Below the pieces are notes generated by a model. That model was not told where the DNA came from. It was given only the letters and a program-made list of their open reading frames with translations, and made no database searches. From the NCBI GenBank assembly GCA_044226015.1, contig JBGAHS010000010.1, positions 224,001 to 288,000 on the forward strand: a stretch of DNA of 64,000 nt, given 5' to 3'. This document shows positions 1 through 9,846 of this stretch, one piece after another. The stretch's first letter is position 1. Each line of letters begins with the position of its first letter. The translations under genes and the position numbers were made by a program. The stretch comes from Candidatus Obscuribacteraceae bacterium (lineage in GTDB: Bacteria; Cyanobacteriota; Vampirovibrionia; Obscuribacterales; Obscuribacteraceae).

Positions 1-1541
1 GTGCTTCCTTCTCCGAGCGTACTCTGGCAAGCTATCTTGCCGCCGTGTAATTCAACTATTTTTCGGCACAGGTAAAGCCCCAAACCCGTTCCGGCTTGAT
101 AGCGTCCGCCTCCACTTGAGGCTTGCCAAAATCGCTGGAACAGTTTGGGCAAATCTTCTTCGGAGATTCCCTTGCCGGTGTCCGAAACAGTTATTACAGC
201 GCTGTCATCGCTGTGCTTTAGCTGGACTGATATGGTGCCGCCTGCATTACTGAATTTTAGTGAGTTTCCCAACAGATTTTGCAGCACACGGCGAACCTCA
301 GCATCATCGAAGATTATTTTGCTGGGGCTGTCAGGCAATTCGATGTTGAGATTTACATTCTTTGTATCGCAAAGAGGCTTTAGCTCCGAGACCACAGCCG
401 TGATAGTTTCATTCAAATCGTTTTCTGCCAAAGAAAGATTTTTCACACCGCTATCATATCGATATACATCAAGCAGTGTCTGGACCATCTTGTATAGTGC
501 AGAATTGCTCTGGTGAATCGTTTCCAGAACTTTCGATTGAGCTTCTGAAATTCCCCCAAAGTCACCTTCGAGCATTAGCTTTATTGCGCGGTTCGCTGCA
601 ATGATGGGCGTTTTCAAATCATGAGTCAGTGTTGCGACAAAATCCTCGCGCTGTTGTTGAAGCATAACTCGGTCGGTTGCTTCAACGAACATTGAGACCA
701 GTCCGCTCGATTCGCCAGATTCTTCTTTGATTGGCCAGATAGCCCAATCGTAGTATTGCGTCTTACCAGAATCATAAAATGAGAGCTTTTCTGCACTATG
801 TCTTTTCGGTTGCCCGCTAGCCAGAACATCTTCGAAAAGGTCCATAGAAAGCCGTGGTGCCACTTCGCTCAATTTCTTACCAATGAGTTCGTTTCTGTCA
901 GAACTCCCAACCATTGATGCAAATTCGATGTTCGCTTCGAGAATGTGCATTTCGTAATCAATGCGAGCTATCCCGATTGGAGCGTCCTCAAGAATGCTTT
1001 TTGTAACACGTTTCTGTGTTTCAAGTTCTTTTATCGCGTCTCGCTGTTCTCGTATTGCGTGCTCTTTAGCAATTGTATATGACTCGATAGCGAGCCCCAT
1101 ATCGAAAAATATCAATCTGGTGAGGGCTGTTGTTACGGATAAGTTTTTCTCGGGATCGTTCTTGTATTTTTCATAGACGAGTCTTCGAAGCCACGTCATG
1201 ATTCGGTTGTAAGCGCCTAAATACCAGGTTGGGTCCAGGCCGATTCGATAATGGGTTGTTCCGACAGCTAATCTTTCTTTGATGTAATCATCATCGTAAT
1301 TACCTTTGGTCATGCGGCGGAAATAGCGTTTCTGCGCGGCTTGAGCACGATGGAGCACATCTTCTGTTGGAAAAAATCTTTTCGTTTCAGGAAACGAAAG
1401 GAAGTGCGTGTACATGTCGTCAATGAGAGGGTCTATGTTTTCCTCAAGGAGTTCATCGACTTCCTTGACGAGGTTTTCATCTTCAATTCGAAAGCTTAGC
1501 CAGCGCTTCCGCAAATCTGAGTTTTCAACAGGATCTTTCAT
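1..1541 (-). CDS. Globin-coupled sensor histidine kinase (protoglobin-PAS-HisKA-HATPase), 3' end runs off the window
   Basis: Missing from the ORF track (no stop in window). Manual translation from ATG 1541: MKDPVENSDLRKRWLSF...DMYTHFLSFPET...AQKRYF...ERLAVGTTHYRIGLDPTWYLGAY (sensor globin), PAS (ILEDAPIGIA), H-box DFVATLTHDLKTP, G2 box GTGLGLYLCRKIVELHGG. Confidence 0.9.
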   Translation of the reverse strand, partial: MKDPVENSDLRKRWLSFRIEDENLVKEVDELLEENIDPLIDDMYTHFLSFPETKRFFPTEDVLHRAQAAQKRYFRRMTKGNYDDDYIKERLAVGTTHYRIGLDPTWYLGAYNRIMTWLRRLVYEKYKNDPEKNLSVTTALTRLIFFDMGLAIESYTIAKEHAIREQRDAIKELETQKRVTKSILEDAPIGIARIDYEMHILEANIEFASMVGSSDRNELIGKKLSEVAPRLSMDLFEDVLASGQPKRHSAEKLSFYDSGKTQYYDWAIWPIKEESGESSGLVSMFVEATDRVMLQQQREDFVATLTHDLKTPIIAANRAIKLMLEGDFGGISEAQSKVLETIHQSNSALYKMVQTLLDVYRYDSGVKNLSLAENDLNETITAVVSELKPLCDTKNVNLNIELPDSPSKIIFDDAEVRRVLQNLLGNSLKFSNAGGTISVQLKHSDDSAVITVSDTGKGISEEDLPKLFQRFWQASSGGGRYQAGTGLGLYLCRKIVELHGGKIACQSTLGEGS

Positions 1542-1630
1542 ATCACGAGCTGTGTAATTTACTATTTTGAAGATAGTAGACTCATCCGTCCTAAATTTCT
1601 ATACTTAGTGAGGTTTCTTGAGGCATAGAA

Positions 1631-2329
1631 ATGGCGAGCGAGCAAAAGTCCATTCGGGTAATTCTAGTTGAAGATCATTTACTGACTCGAATTGGGCTGA
1701 AAGCGGTCATCGAGAGAACCGTCGACCTCAAAGTGGTCGGTGAGGCCGAGGATGGGCAGCAAGCTGTCAGTATTATCGACCAGATGAGTCCGGATGTAGT
1801 CCTGATGGATGTCGGTATGCCTGTTTTGGATGGTATCGAAGCTTCCCGTATCGTAAAAGGAAAACACCCTGACATCGCTATCATTATGTTGACTTCGCAT
1901 GATAATGAGCGAGACATTTTTGCTAGTCTCGCTGCGGGCGCCAGTGGATACTGTTTGAAAGATGTTGAGCCCGATCGTTTGTACTCGGCAATTAGAAGTG
2001 TTGCGGCTGGGGATATTTGGCTTGACTCAACCATAGCTGGAAAGGTGCTCAAGCAGTACAACAGCGGCATGGTGCACGAGCAGGGCTCAGCTGAGTCTGG
2101 GAAACCTGTGCTGGCCAAGCAAGACCAGAATTTGCCTGAACCTCTTTCGCCCCGAGAGCTAGAAGTTTTACATTTGTTGGTGGAGGGCTTGTCGAATCAG
2201 GAAATAGCCGACAAGCTCATTATTTCCCTGGCAACCGCGAAGACGCACGTTAGAAATATTTTGAATAAGCTCGCCGTGGATGACAGAACTCAGGCTGCGG
2301 TTCAAGCTATGCGCCGCGGACTCGTCTAG
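1631..2329 (+). CDS. NarL/FixJ-family response regulator (REC + LuxR HTH)
   Basis: VEDH, DVVLMDVGMP phosphoacceptor, LSPRELEVL...GLSNQEIA...TAKTHVRNILNKL; divergent from the globin kinase. Confidence 0.95.
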   Translation: MASEQKSIRVILVEDHLLTRIGLKAVIERTVDLKVVGEAEDGQQAVSIIDQMSPDVVLMDVGMPVLDGIEASRIVKGKHPDIAIIMLTSHDNERDIFASLAAGASGYCLKDVEPDRLYSAIRSVAAGDIWLDSTIAGKVLKQYNSGMVHEQGSAESGKPVLAKQDQNLPEPLSPRELEVLHLLVEGLSNQEIADKLIISLATAKTHVRNILNKLAVDDRTQAAVQAMRRGLV

Positions 2330-2353
2330 ATTCGATGCCGAAGGTGGCTTCCT

Positions 2354-2695
2354 TCAGCTAATTTTGTTCAGCGGAAATCCCATCACTCGCCAGGCGAGTA
2401 TTCCGCCTGCAAGCACAATTGCATTCACTAATCCTGAATCTCTCAGTAGCTCCGCAGCCGTTTGCGAAAGCCGCCCGCCCTGGCAAACTAGATAGACTGT
2501 CTCGTTGCGATGATCCTCGATAATCTGCTCGATATTCCAACCATCCCACGGAATGTTGACTGAGCCTTCAATGTGCCCATCAAAAAACTCTTGCTGAGAA
2601 CGCAAGTCGATTAGTTTTGGAGACTCTTGCTTAATTAGCTCATCTCGCAGGCTGTTACTTGTTATCTTATTAAACACGCCAGAAGATTCCGTCAC
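2354..2695 (-). CDS. Rhodanese-like domain protein
   Basis: LIDLRSQQEF..GHIEGSVNIP, active loop CQGGRLS, LAGGILAW. Confidence 0.9.
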   Translation of the reverse strand: MTESSGVFNKITSNSLRDELIKQESPKLIDLRSQQEFFDGHIEGSVNIPWDGWNIEQIIEDHRNETVYLVCQGGRLSQTAAELLRDSGLVNAIVLAGGILAWRVMGFPLNKIS

Positions 2696-2836
2696 CTGGA
2701 ATGACTAGTTTTATTATTTCGGAATGAAACCCTTTCGAAAATGATCCCAAAGACTGAACCCGAATCATCCGAAGGGATGAATGAGTTCAGCCTTTGATAC
2801 TCCTGTCAGTTTTTCAGGTAAGACTTTGTCTGGTTA

Positions 2837-3145
2837 TTACTCGTCAACGGCGCTTTCTTCGAGTCTTCCGCTCACCACAACATCGGCGGTCATAGCGACC
2901 AGGAACCCTAAAACTCCTCCGACAGATGTTCCGATAAGCAGAACCATGAAGACCATCGCTGTGTTGAAATGCTCAACAAGCGGCGCCATCATGTATTGTG
3001 CGACGATTGGACCGACCAAGGCACCGAGTATGGTGCTCAGTATGAAAAACTTCTGTTGTGCTACGTGGTTGGCGTCCTGAACAGTAGATTGGTTTCCTAG
3101 ACTTGCGTTTAACATAGCTTTTCCCTCACAAACTCTGCAAGTCAC
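2837..3145 (-). CDS. Small membrane protein (two predicted TM helices)
   Basis: Two Gly-rich hydrophobic segments; start uncertain. Confidence 0.6.
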   Translation of the reverse strand: MTCRVCEGKAMLNASLGNQSTVQDANHVAQQKFFILSTILGALVGPIVAQYMMAPLVEHFNTAMVFMVLLIGTSVGGVLGFLVAMTADVVVSGRLEESAVDE

Positions 3146-3375
3146 CGGCTCTTCTGCGATCCAAACTTCAGAGTAATACTCGAACTGTTGCCATTCTCAC
3201 ATCCGAGCATGGAAACAGCATCGTCCGCTGGATTGAAAAATCGATTATTCTCACAGCTTTTATTTGAAATAGTCCTTCCGGCCAAAGCGAGCTGCTCTTT
3301 CAATCAACCTTAGTATCGATGCGGGCTAGACTCTTAGTAGTCAAAATGTATAAATAGGCAATTGGTCAACTTACA

Positions 3376-3762
3376 ATGGCAGAATCGGTAAATCAATCAT
3401 CCAGAATACTCTTGCATGTCGCTTCTGAAGCCGAACGCAAGAAGATGTACGCAGAGGCGGACAAAATACTTTCTGACGCTATGCGTATGGGCGAGAAGAC
3501 TGGAAGCAGCCGTAATTCTGAGTATGCATCGCTTCTTATTCAAATGGCTGATCTTTGTGGAGATAATGAGCGCTTCGAGAAGGCCGAGCATTTGTATTCG
3601 CATGCGATTTCAATCTTGAATTCAACTCTGGGCCCAGATCACATCAGCACGTTGTTGGCTGTGCGCAATTTCGCTGAGCTTTTATCGAGAATGGGCAAGC
3701 AAACAGATGCTGACTCTCTTTGCCAGGGCGCAAAGGAAAACATACTACGGCACTTTTCATAA
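3376..3762 (+). CDS. Small TPR protein (kinesin-light-chain-like repeats)
   Basis: AEHLYSHAISILNSTLGPDHISTLLAVRNFAELL pattern. Confidence 0.8.
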   Translation: MAESVNQSSRILLHVASEAERKKMYAEADKILSDAMRMGEKTGSSRNSEYASLLIQMADLCGDNERFEKAEHLYSHAISILNSTLGPDHISTLLAVRNFAELLSRMGKQTDADSLCQGAKENILRHFS

Positions 3763-3764
3763 AG

Positions 3765-3822
3765 CCTGGGAGCGCCGTCAACCTGGCGGCTTCTATCCTG
3801 GTAGCGCCGCTATCCTGGCGCC
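3765..3822 (+). repeat. Tandem pair of REP-like palindromes (CTGG(G/T)AG-CGCCG-loop-GGCG)
   Basis: cctgggagcgccgtcaacctggcggc and cctggtagcgccgctatcctggcgcc between convergent genes. Confidence 0.7.
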
Positions 3823-3841
3823 TAGAAAATACTGAAAGTAA

Positions 3842-4045
3842 TCAGAAATAGCGAAGTGCGCGTCGGGCCTGTCGGCTGATCATATAGACCTCATAAATAT
3901 CGTCATCCTGATCCAGCTCTTTCAAGGTGTGAGGGTCCACAACCTTATGGTCGAACCATTCACCATAGGCAAAGCTAGCAACAAAGCCATCATCCTCATC
4001 ATGAACAAATTTGCGCTCTTCATCCTCAGAGCTAAAAACACGCAT
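3842..4045 (-). CDS. Small acidic hypothetical protein
   Basis: 67 aa, AAGGAG ribosome site upstream, protein-like composition. Confidence 0.65.
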   Translation of the reverse strand: MRVFSSEDEERKFVHDEDDGFVASFAYGEWFDHKVVDPHTLKELDQDDDIYEVYMISRQARRALRYF

Positions 4046-4224
4046 ACGAGACTCCTTTACCTAACAGACTCAAAGATCATCTTGTTCAAGAGTACGCATT
4101 GAAATTCCAACAACTCAATTGGAAGAAGATTTCCGTGAACTATCGCGCAAGGCATTTTTCTGATTGATTGGACTCTTTGCCGACTTTCAACGTTTACATA
4201 AGGATGGCGGCACTCCCAGCTGGC

Positions 4225-5511
4225 TCAGGAATTAGCTATAGAAAGAATGTGATTGGCAGCCTCTCTTGCCGCATTGTGCTGCTTGATAGAGTCCGCAAGT
4301 TTCTTTGCAGCAGATTTGTAGGATGGGTTGCGCAGAAGCACCTTCACCGCTCGGCGAATTGAAGAACTGCTTGGTGTGGCGGTTTTTAAGTTAATGCCTG
4401 CACCAGACCACTCTACGCGGTTTGCTACTTCCGGTTTGTCTTCTGTGCTTCCTGCTGCAACTATGGGCACACCTTCAGACAGCGCGTAATGTACACCACC
4501 ATAGCCACCATTTGTGACAAACACATCAACATGCTTCATCAGTTCACTGTAGGGCAGGAATTTCGCGAGGCGAACATTCTTGGGTAGTTCTGGAAGGCTG
4601 CCGTAGGGCAAATTCTTAGCAGAAACAACCGTAAGAACGTCCATGTCTGCCAGCGCATATATGGTTGGCATGATCAATTCATCTATTTTGGTTGCGATAG
4701 TTCCCTGGGCTACATGCACCACGGGCTTATCGCTATCGACCATTTCTTGCCACCAGTCTGGCTTTTCTGCTGACTTTGGAGCCTCGGGCAAAAGTGGTCC
4801 GATGAATCTGACATTTTCAGGCATATTTTTTCTGGAGTATTCAAACTCTTCCACAGTTCCCTGCAAGTAGAGTTTGCACCCTTTAACAACGCCTTCAAAG
4901 ACTCCGTCACCATCTGGCTCTAAGTTGAATGTTGCTCTAACAGAGTTGCGATAATCAATTACATCTTTGAACAAGACGCGATTGGAAAGCATGTGCAAGG
5001 CCTGGTTTTTATATTTGCCTAGCTTCGACTCATCTGGCAAAAGTCCCAGTCCGAATGGTGCAACATTTTCATCTGGCAAAGGAAACGCAGTGATACCAAA
5101 TGCGATGCAAGGGGGTCCGCCAATTTGTGCCAGAAGCGGACCAGAGGCGAATGCAGTGTCAACCACGGTGACTTTGGCCGGGAATGTTTTCAGGATTGTC
5201 TGCATTTCCTTCACACTTTGAGGAATGTGTGCAGTAAAAATCTGTTTCAAGTCAAATTTGAGCTGCTCAAGCCCTTGCAGGTTCTTCCTGTCGGGAAAGT
5301 ATGTGTCGAGGTCTGCGTCGTTAAAGTCCCAGAGGGGGCTGGCTTGGAAATGTTTGGCGCCTGTGGCTTCAATTGCAGCCTTAAACTTCTTTCCTGTGTA
5401 CCATGCGACCTCGTGACCCTCGTCCACAAGCTGCTTAGCAATGGGTAATCCAGGATTAACGTGCCCTGTAATCGGCATCGTGGCGAACAATATCTGTGCC
5501 ATTTCTTTCAC
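4225..5511 (-). CDS. GT1-family (MGT/UDP) glycosyltransferase
   Basis: PITGHVNP N-terminal motif; FLPYSELMKHVDVFVTNGGYGGVHYALSEGVP..EDK donor-binding box. Confidence 0.92.
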   Translation of the reverse strand: MKEMAQILFATMPITGHVNPGLPIAKQLVDEGHEVAWYTGKKFKAAIEATGAKHFQASPLWDFNDADLDTYFPDRKNLQGLEQLKFDLKQIFTAHIPQSVKEMQTILKTFPAKVTVVDTAFASGPLLAQIGGPPCIAFGITAFPLPDENVAPFGLGLLPDESKLGKYKNQALHMLSNRVLFKDVIDYRNSVRATFNLEPDGDGVFEGVVKGCKLYLQGTVEEFEYSRKNMPENVRFIGPLLPEAPKSAEKPDWWQEMVDSDKPVVHVAQGTIATKIDELIMPTIYALADMDVLTVVSAKNLPYGSLPELPKNVRLAKFLPYSELMKHVDVFVTNGGYGGVHYALSEGVPIVAAGSTEDKPEVANRVEWSGAGINLKTATPSSSSIRRAVKVLLRNPSYKSAAKKLADSIKQHNAAREAANHILSIANS

Positions 5512-5853
5512 CAGTTGGTTAACCCATTCATTTTATATAGATTAGCTTCTCAATTTGCTTTTGCTGTCCATAGATTCACAGAATGAGACAGAGCCGTCCA
5601 GCCGCTTTCTAAGCGGGTTTTTGTCGGTAATCAAGAAATGCTCGATTGAGCAACGTAGGGTCGATATTTCATCATAGAATTAGTCAACCTTCGCCCGCGA
5701 CCCTAATTTTAACTACTGAATACTGTCTGGGCAGAGCATATGAGAATTAGCATGCTAGGATAAATCTCCCAGATCTCTGCTAGAGCACAATACAAGCAAC
5801 TCTTGGCTTCGGACGCTCTGGAAAACTTGTGAGAAGTCGCAAAGGAGAACAAT

Positions 5854-6843
5854 ATGCAGCTCGGAATGATTGGTCTTGGGCGAATGGGCAGCAATATGGT
5901 TCGCCGTTTGTTGAAAGCCAAAATTGATTGTGTCGTCTATGATCAAAACCCTGCTCCGGGTCAAGCTCTGGCTAAGGAAAACGCTGTTGCCGTGGGCAGT
6001 GTTGAAGAGATGGTTGCAAAGCTGGCAAAGCCAAGAGCTGTTTGGATCATGGTTCCAGCTGGGGGACCAACCGAGGCTTGCATTGAGTCTTTGAAAGACA
6101 AGCTCGAGGCTGGCGATACCATCATAGATGGCGGAAATTCCTATTTCAAAGACGATGTTCGCAGAGCAAAGATGCTCGCGGAAAAAGGAATCCACTTCGT
6201 TGACGCAGGCACCAGTGGTGGTGTCTGGGGCATGGAACGCGGTTATTGCTTGATGGTCGGTGGTGAGTCAGAAGTGGTTAAACGTCTTGACCCAGTTTTC
6301 AAAGCGCTAGCACCGGGTCGTGGCTATATACAGAGAACCCCAGGAAGAGAGAACATCCAGTCGACAGCAGAAGATGGCTATCTGCATTGTGGACCTGTGG
6401 GGTCAGGACACTTCGTGAAGATGGTTCACAATGGTATTGAGTACGGTATTATGCAGGCATACTCTGAAGGCTTCGACATTTTTAAGAATGCCAACAGCCA
6501 TGAGCTTGAGGAGTCTTATCGTTATGATCTTAATGTTGGCGAGATAGCCGAAGTTTGGCGTCGAGGTAGTGTCGTCGGCTCATGGTTGCTTGACCTGGCT
6601 GCGATGGCACTTGTCGAAGACCCTGAGTTAAGTAGTTATAGTGGTTATGTTCAAGACTCTGGAGAAGGGCGTTGGACCGTGAATGCGGCCATCGATGAAT
6701 CAGTTTCTGCAGAGGTTTTGACCGCCGCACTGTACGCACGATTTCGTTCGCGCCGCGACCACACCTTTGGTGAGAAGGTACTCTCAGCAATGAGGCAGAA
6801 GTTTGGCGGACATATTGAAGTAAAACCACCAGCTAAAACATAG
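5854..6843 (+). CDS. gnd: 6-phosphogluconate dehydrogenase, decarboxylating (short type)
   Basis: [51 protein letters not shown]. Confidence 0.95.
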   Translation: MQLGMIGLGRMGSNMVRRLLKAKIDCVVYDQNPAPGQALAKENAVAVGSVEEMVAKLAKPRAVWIMVPAGGPTEACIESLKDKLEAGDTIIDGGNSYFKDDVRRAKMLAEKGIHFVDAGTSGGVWGMERGYCLMVGGESEVVKRLDPVFKALAPGRGYIQRTPGRENIQSTAEDGYLHCGPVGSGHFVKMVHNGIEYGIMQAYSEGFDIFKNANSHELEESYRYDLNVGEIAEVWRRGSVVGSWLLDLAAMALVEDPELSSYSGYVQDSGEGRWTVNAAIDESVSAEVLTAALYARFRSRRDHTFGEKVLSAMRQKFGGHIEVKPPAKT

Positions 6844-6862
6844 AGGAACAGGAGCAGGAATC

Positions 6863-7291
6863 ATGATTACCGAAAAAATTGTCATCAAAGCACCACCCGA
6901 AGTTGTTTTTGAGGCCATCAAGAAGCAGAGAGTTAGCCGCAGGCACTCTGTTGAGTCTTACGATGGAAAGATAGCCGTGGTCAAAGAGTCAATGGAAGGC
7001 ATTCCTGTCTATGGGAATGTGGAATGTGTCTGGCAGGAGACGGAAAGCCCGTTCACCAGAATTGATTTCAAAATGTTGAGTTCTACAAAGTTCAAAGAAT
7101 CCTATGGGGCGTTCATCCTTGTTGCTTCAAATGACGGGCAATCCACAACCTTGGAACTGCAGGCTCATATGGACGCAGGAATTAATGTCCCTTTTGCCGC
7201 AGAAATGACCAAAGCATCTACAGTAAAGGATTCTAAGCTTCGTCTCGAGAAAATCAAGAAGCTTGCTGAGGAAGATCATAAGGGCAAGTAG
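6863..7291 (+). CDS. SRPBCC/polyketide-cyclase-like protein
   Basis: EKIVIKAPPEVVF start, length and alternating beta-strand pattern of START-like folds. Confidence 0.7.
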   Translation: MITEKIVIKAPPEVVFEAIKKQRVSRRHSVESYDGKIAVVKESMEGIPVYGNVECVWQETESPFTRIDFKMLSSTKFKESYGAFILVASNDGQSTTLELQAHMDAGINVPFAAEMTKASTVKDSKLRLEKIKKLAEEDHKGK

Positions 7292-7366
7292 AATTTCAAA
7301 GTTCCGAAAAGATTGAGAAATCTAGTAGAATGAATACTGGGCTGAGTTTTAGCCGGGTAGTCAAGC

Positions 7367-9136
7367 GTGCCTCTTCGCGAACGAATAATTGGAATCGACC
7401 TTGGAACAACGAACTCCTGCGTTGCTGTCTCTGAGTTCGGCAAAACTGTTGTCATTCCTAACATCGAGGGTGGGCGAACTACTCCGTCGGTTGTATATCT
7501 AGACCATAGTGGAAGCCGATTGGTTGGTGCACCTGCCAAGCGCAGGGCCATCAAATATCCTGACCGAACCATTGCTTCTGTCAAAAGGCACATGGGAACC
7601 AACCACAGGGTTGTCGTTGACAACATTGCCTATTCGCCAGAGCAAATTTCGTCCTATATCCTGGAAAAACTCAAGATTCAGGCTGAGGATTATCTAAACG
7701 AGAAAGTTAGCAAGGCTATCATCACCGTTCCAGCTTACTTCGATGATGCTCAGCGACTGTCGACACGACATGCTGGTAAGCTCGCTGGACTGGAAGTTTT
7801 GCGCGTCATCAATGAGCCGACTGCTTGCGCACTGGCTTATGGACTAAATAAAGTATCGCCAGGACAGGAAACTAACATCATCATATTTGACTTCGGTGGT
7901 GGTACTTTCGACGTTTCCATTTTGCACATCTCCGAGGGCGTAGTACAAGTTAGAGCCACTAGCGGCAACAACAGACTTGGTGGTGATGACTTTGACACAC
8001 GCATAGCGCAATTCATCAACAGCCATGTTATGCAGAAGCATGGCGTTAACCCCGGCGTGGATATCATCGCCAGAATGAGACTGACTGAGGCTGCAGAAAA
8101 GGTCAAAGTCGACCTCAGTGGTATGCGCTATACAAATGTTCAGTTGCCGTTTCTCGCAGTCGCAAAGGGCGGAGAGCCAGTGCATCTCGACATGAATATT
8201 TCTCTCGATGAGTTCAATAAGATTACCGCAGACCTGGTGCGTGCGACTGCTATACCTATTGAAACAGCTCTAGCAGATGCGAAGTTAAAACCGTCCGATA
8301 TAGAAAAAGTTGTGATGGTGGGTGGCACCACTCGTGTACCTGCTGTGCAACAGTTCATCAGAAGCTACTTCAATATGGAACCCGCAAAAACCATCAACCC
8401 AGATGAAGCCTGCGCAATCGGTGCAGCAATTCAGGGTGGTATTTTGTCCGGCGAGATAGAAGACATTCTGTTGCTAGACGTCATTCCTTTGAGTCTTGGA
8501 ATTGAAACCGATGGTGGCATGTGCACTCGAATTATTGAGCGCAACACACCCATACCTGTGTCTAGATCTCATACATTTACTACCAGTCGTGCGAACCAGT
8601 CAAGTCTTGCTGTGCATGTTTTGCAGGGAGAAGGTCAGACCGCCGCCGGCAACATTTCGCTGGCTCGTTTTCAAATAAACGATATCCCGAAGGGACCAGC
8701 CGGAACTAAGGTTGAAATTGAGTTTCATGTTGATGCAGATGGCATCTTCCAGTGCGGTTATAAGCACGCGAATTCCTCGCGTCAGGCTATCGTGTTGAAG
8801 AGAACGTCTGGATATGACATGGAGCAATTGGAAAAGTTGCTTGCTGAGGAAAAAGAGGTTCTTTCAACGCGTTCCAGAGCGCAAAAGGAACTCGACGCCG
8901 AAGAAGAATCCTTGCGTAAAGGAGAGACGCCAGCAACACGAAGCGCCCCCGCAGCTGGCAAGCCTAACGCTGGACGCTCTATAACTACTACCGGACAATT
9001 TGCGATTCCTGGTCAACAACCTAAAGACGCTTTCAGCACCAACCCCGGTGACTTGAACGGGGAAAATGGAAGCGGAAAGCGCGGATTTATGGACTCTATC
9101 AAGGATTTTCTTGCAGGACTTTTCGGCAAGAAGTAA
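7367..9136 (+). CDS. dnaK: Hsp70/DnaK paralog with divergent C-terminus
   Basis: GIDLGTTNS, TVPAYF, INEPTA, FDFGGGTFDVS, LGGDDFD, VGGTTRVP, LLLDVIPLSLG. Confidence 0.9.
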   Translation: MPLRERIIGIDLGTTNSCVAVSEFGKTVVIPNIEGGRTTPSVVYLDHSGSRLVGAPAKRRAIKYPDRTIASVKRHMGTNHRVVVDNIAYSPEQISSYILEKLKIQAEDYLNEKVSKAIITVPAYFDDAQRLSTRHAGKLAGLEVLRVINEPTACALAYGLNKVSPGQETNIIIFDFGGGTFDVSILHISEGVVQVRATSGNNRLGGDDFDTRIAQFINSHVMQKHGVNPGVDIIARMRLTEAAEKVKVDLSGMRYTNVQLPFLAVAKGGEPVHLDMNISLDEFNKITADLVRATAIPIETALADAKLKPSDIEKVVMVGGTTRVPAVQQFIRSYFNMEPAKTINPDEACAIGAAIQGGILSGEIEDILLLDVIPLSLGIETDGGMCTRIIERNTPIPVSRSHTFTTSRANQSSLAVHVLQGEGQTAAGNISLARFQINDIPKGPAGTKVEIEFHVDADGIFQCGYKHANSSRQAIVLKRTSGYDMEQLEKLLAEEKEVLSTRSRAQKELDAEEESLRKGETPATRSAPAAGKPNAGRSITTTGQFAIPGQQPKDAFSTNPGDLNGENGSGKRGFMDSIKDFLAGLFGKK

Positions 9137-9140
9137 CTGA

Positions 9141-9794
9141 TTACTTCCAGCGAATCGCTTTCATTGATTGTTTTGCTGAATTCAAATAGGCACCGTAATC
9201 ATTGTGCGGAGCTTTGAAATAAATCTCTTGAACAGTTTCACCCTTCCCGTCTGGATTTGCGAGAATAGAATAACTGTCGTGATTGACTTCTTTCCAGTTG
9301 CCTTCAATTACGATTACATTTTTTCCGTTTATCGATTCTGTTTTGCATGCAGACATTTTGAAAGCTCTTGAGTCGCCATACGTTCCCAAGATTGCGCCAA
9401 GCGATTCCAGTTCTTTTGGAGTGAGAACGTGCGGAGGCTTGGAGAGAATCTCATGGAAAGCAGCTGCGTTTGCAGAGTAGCGAGTTCCGCGATCGAACAG
9501 AGTCATTTCGATTTCTTTATTGCTTGGTGCATTGAAGCTGCTCGCACTGCCTAATCCAGCGATGCCCGATACCTCTTTGCCTTTTGTCCAGCCTTGAGGC
9601 AAGTCCATCGAGTCAACTGCACCAATATTTGTAACTGCTGTATTCATTTTCTCGCCACTCTTTGGGGTATTCACATTACTTGCCAGCAAGAACGAATCTG
9701 TCGAGAGCCGCTCGCGACTGCCGTCTTCAACCCGAACTTCTTCGGCTTTTTGCTTCTGGTGTTCGTAATTAGCAGGTACGTCGCCTAATACCAT
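9141..9794 (-). CDS. Hypothetical protein, PsbP/DcrB(DUF1795)-like fold
   Basis: GGAGG RBS; LPQGW near domain start, INGKNVIVIEG, terminal helix SAKQSMKAIRW; fold assignment tentative. Confidence 0.55.
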   Translation of the reverse strand: MVLGDVPANYEHQKQKAEEVRVEDGSRERLSTDSFLLASNVNTPKSGEKMNTAVTNIGAVDSMDLPQGWTKGKEVSGIAGLGSASSFNAPSNKEIEMTLFDRGTRYSANAAAFHEILSKPPHVLTPKELESLGAILGTYGDSRAFKMSACKTESINGKNVIVIEGNWKEVNHDSYSILANPDGKGETVQEIYFKAPHNDYGAYLNSAKQSMKAIRWK

Positions 9795-9846
9795 TGTCGT
9801 TCCTCCAGTTTGTTTTTACTTCTTAGGTCCCGAGTCAAAAAAACGC

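Noticed and set aside
145..1176. Short track ORFs 145..516, 626..829 and 961..1176
   Set aside because: Shadow or off-frame ORFs of the globin kinase gene.
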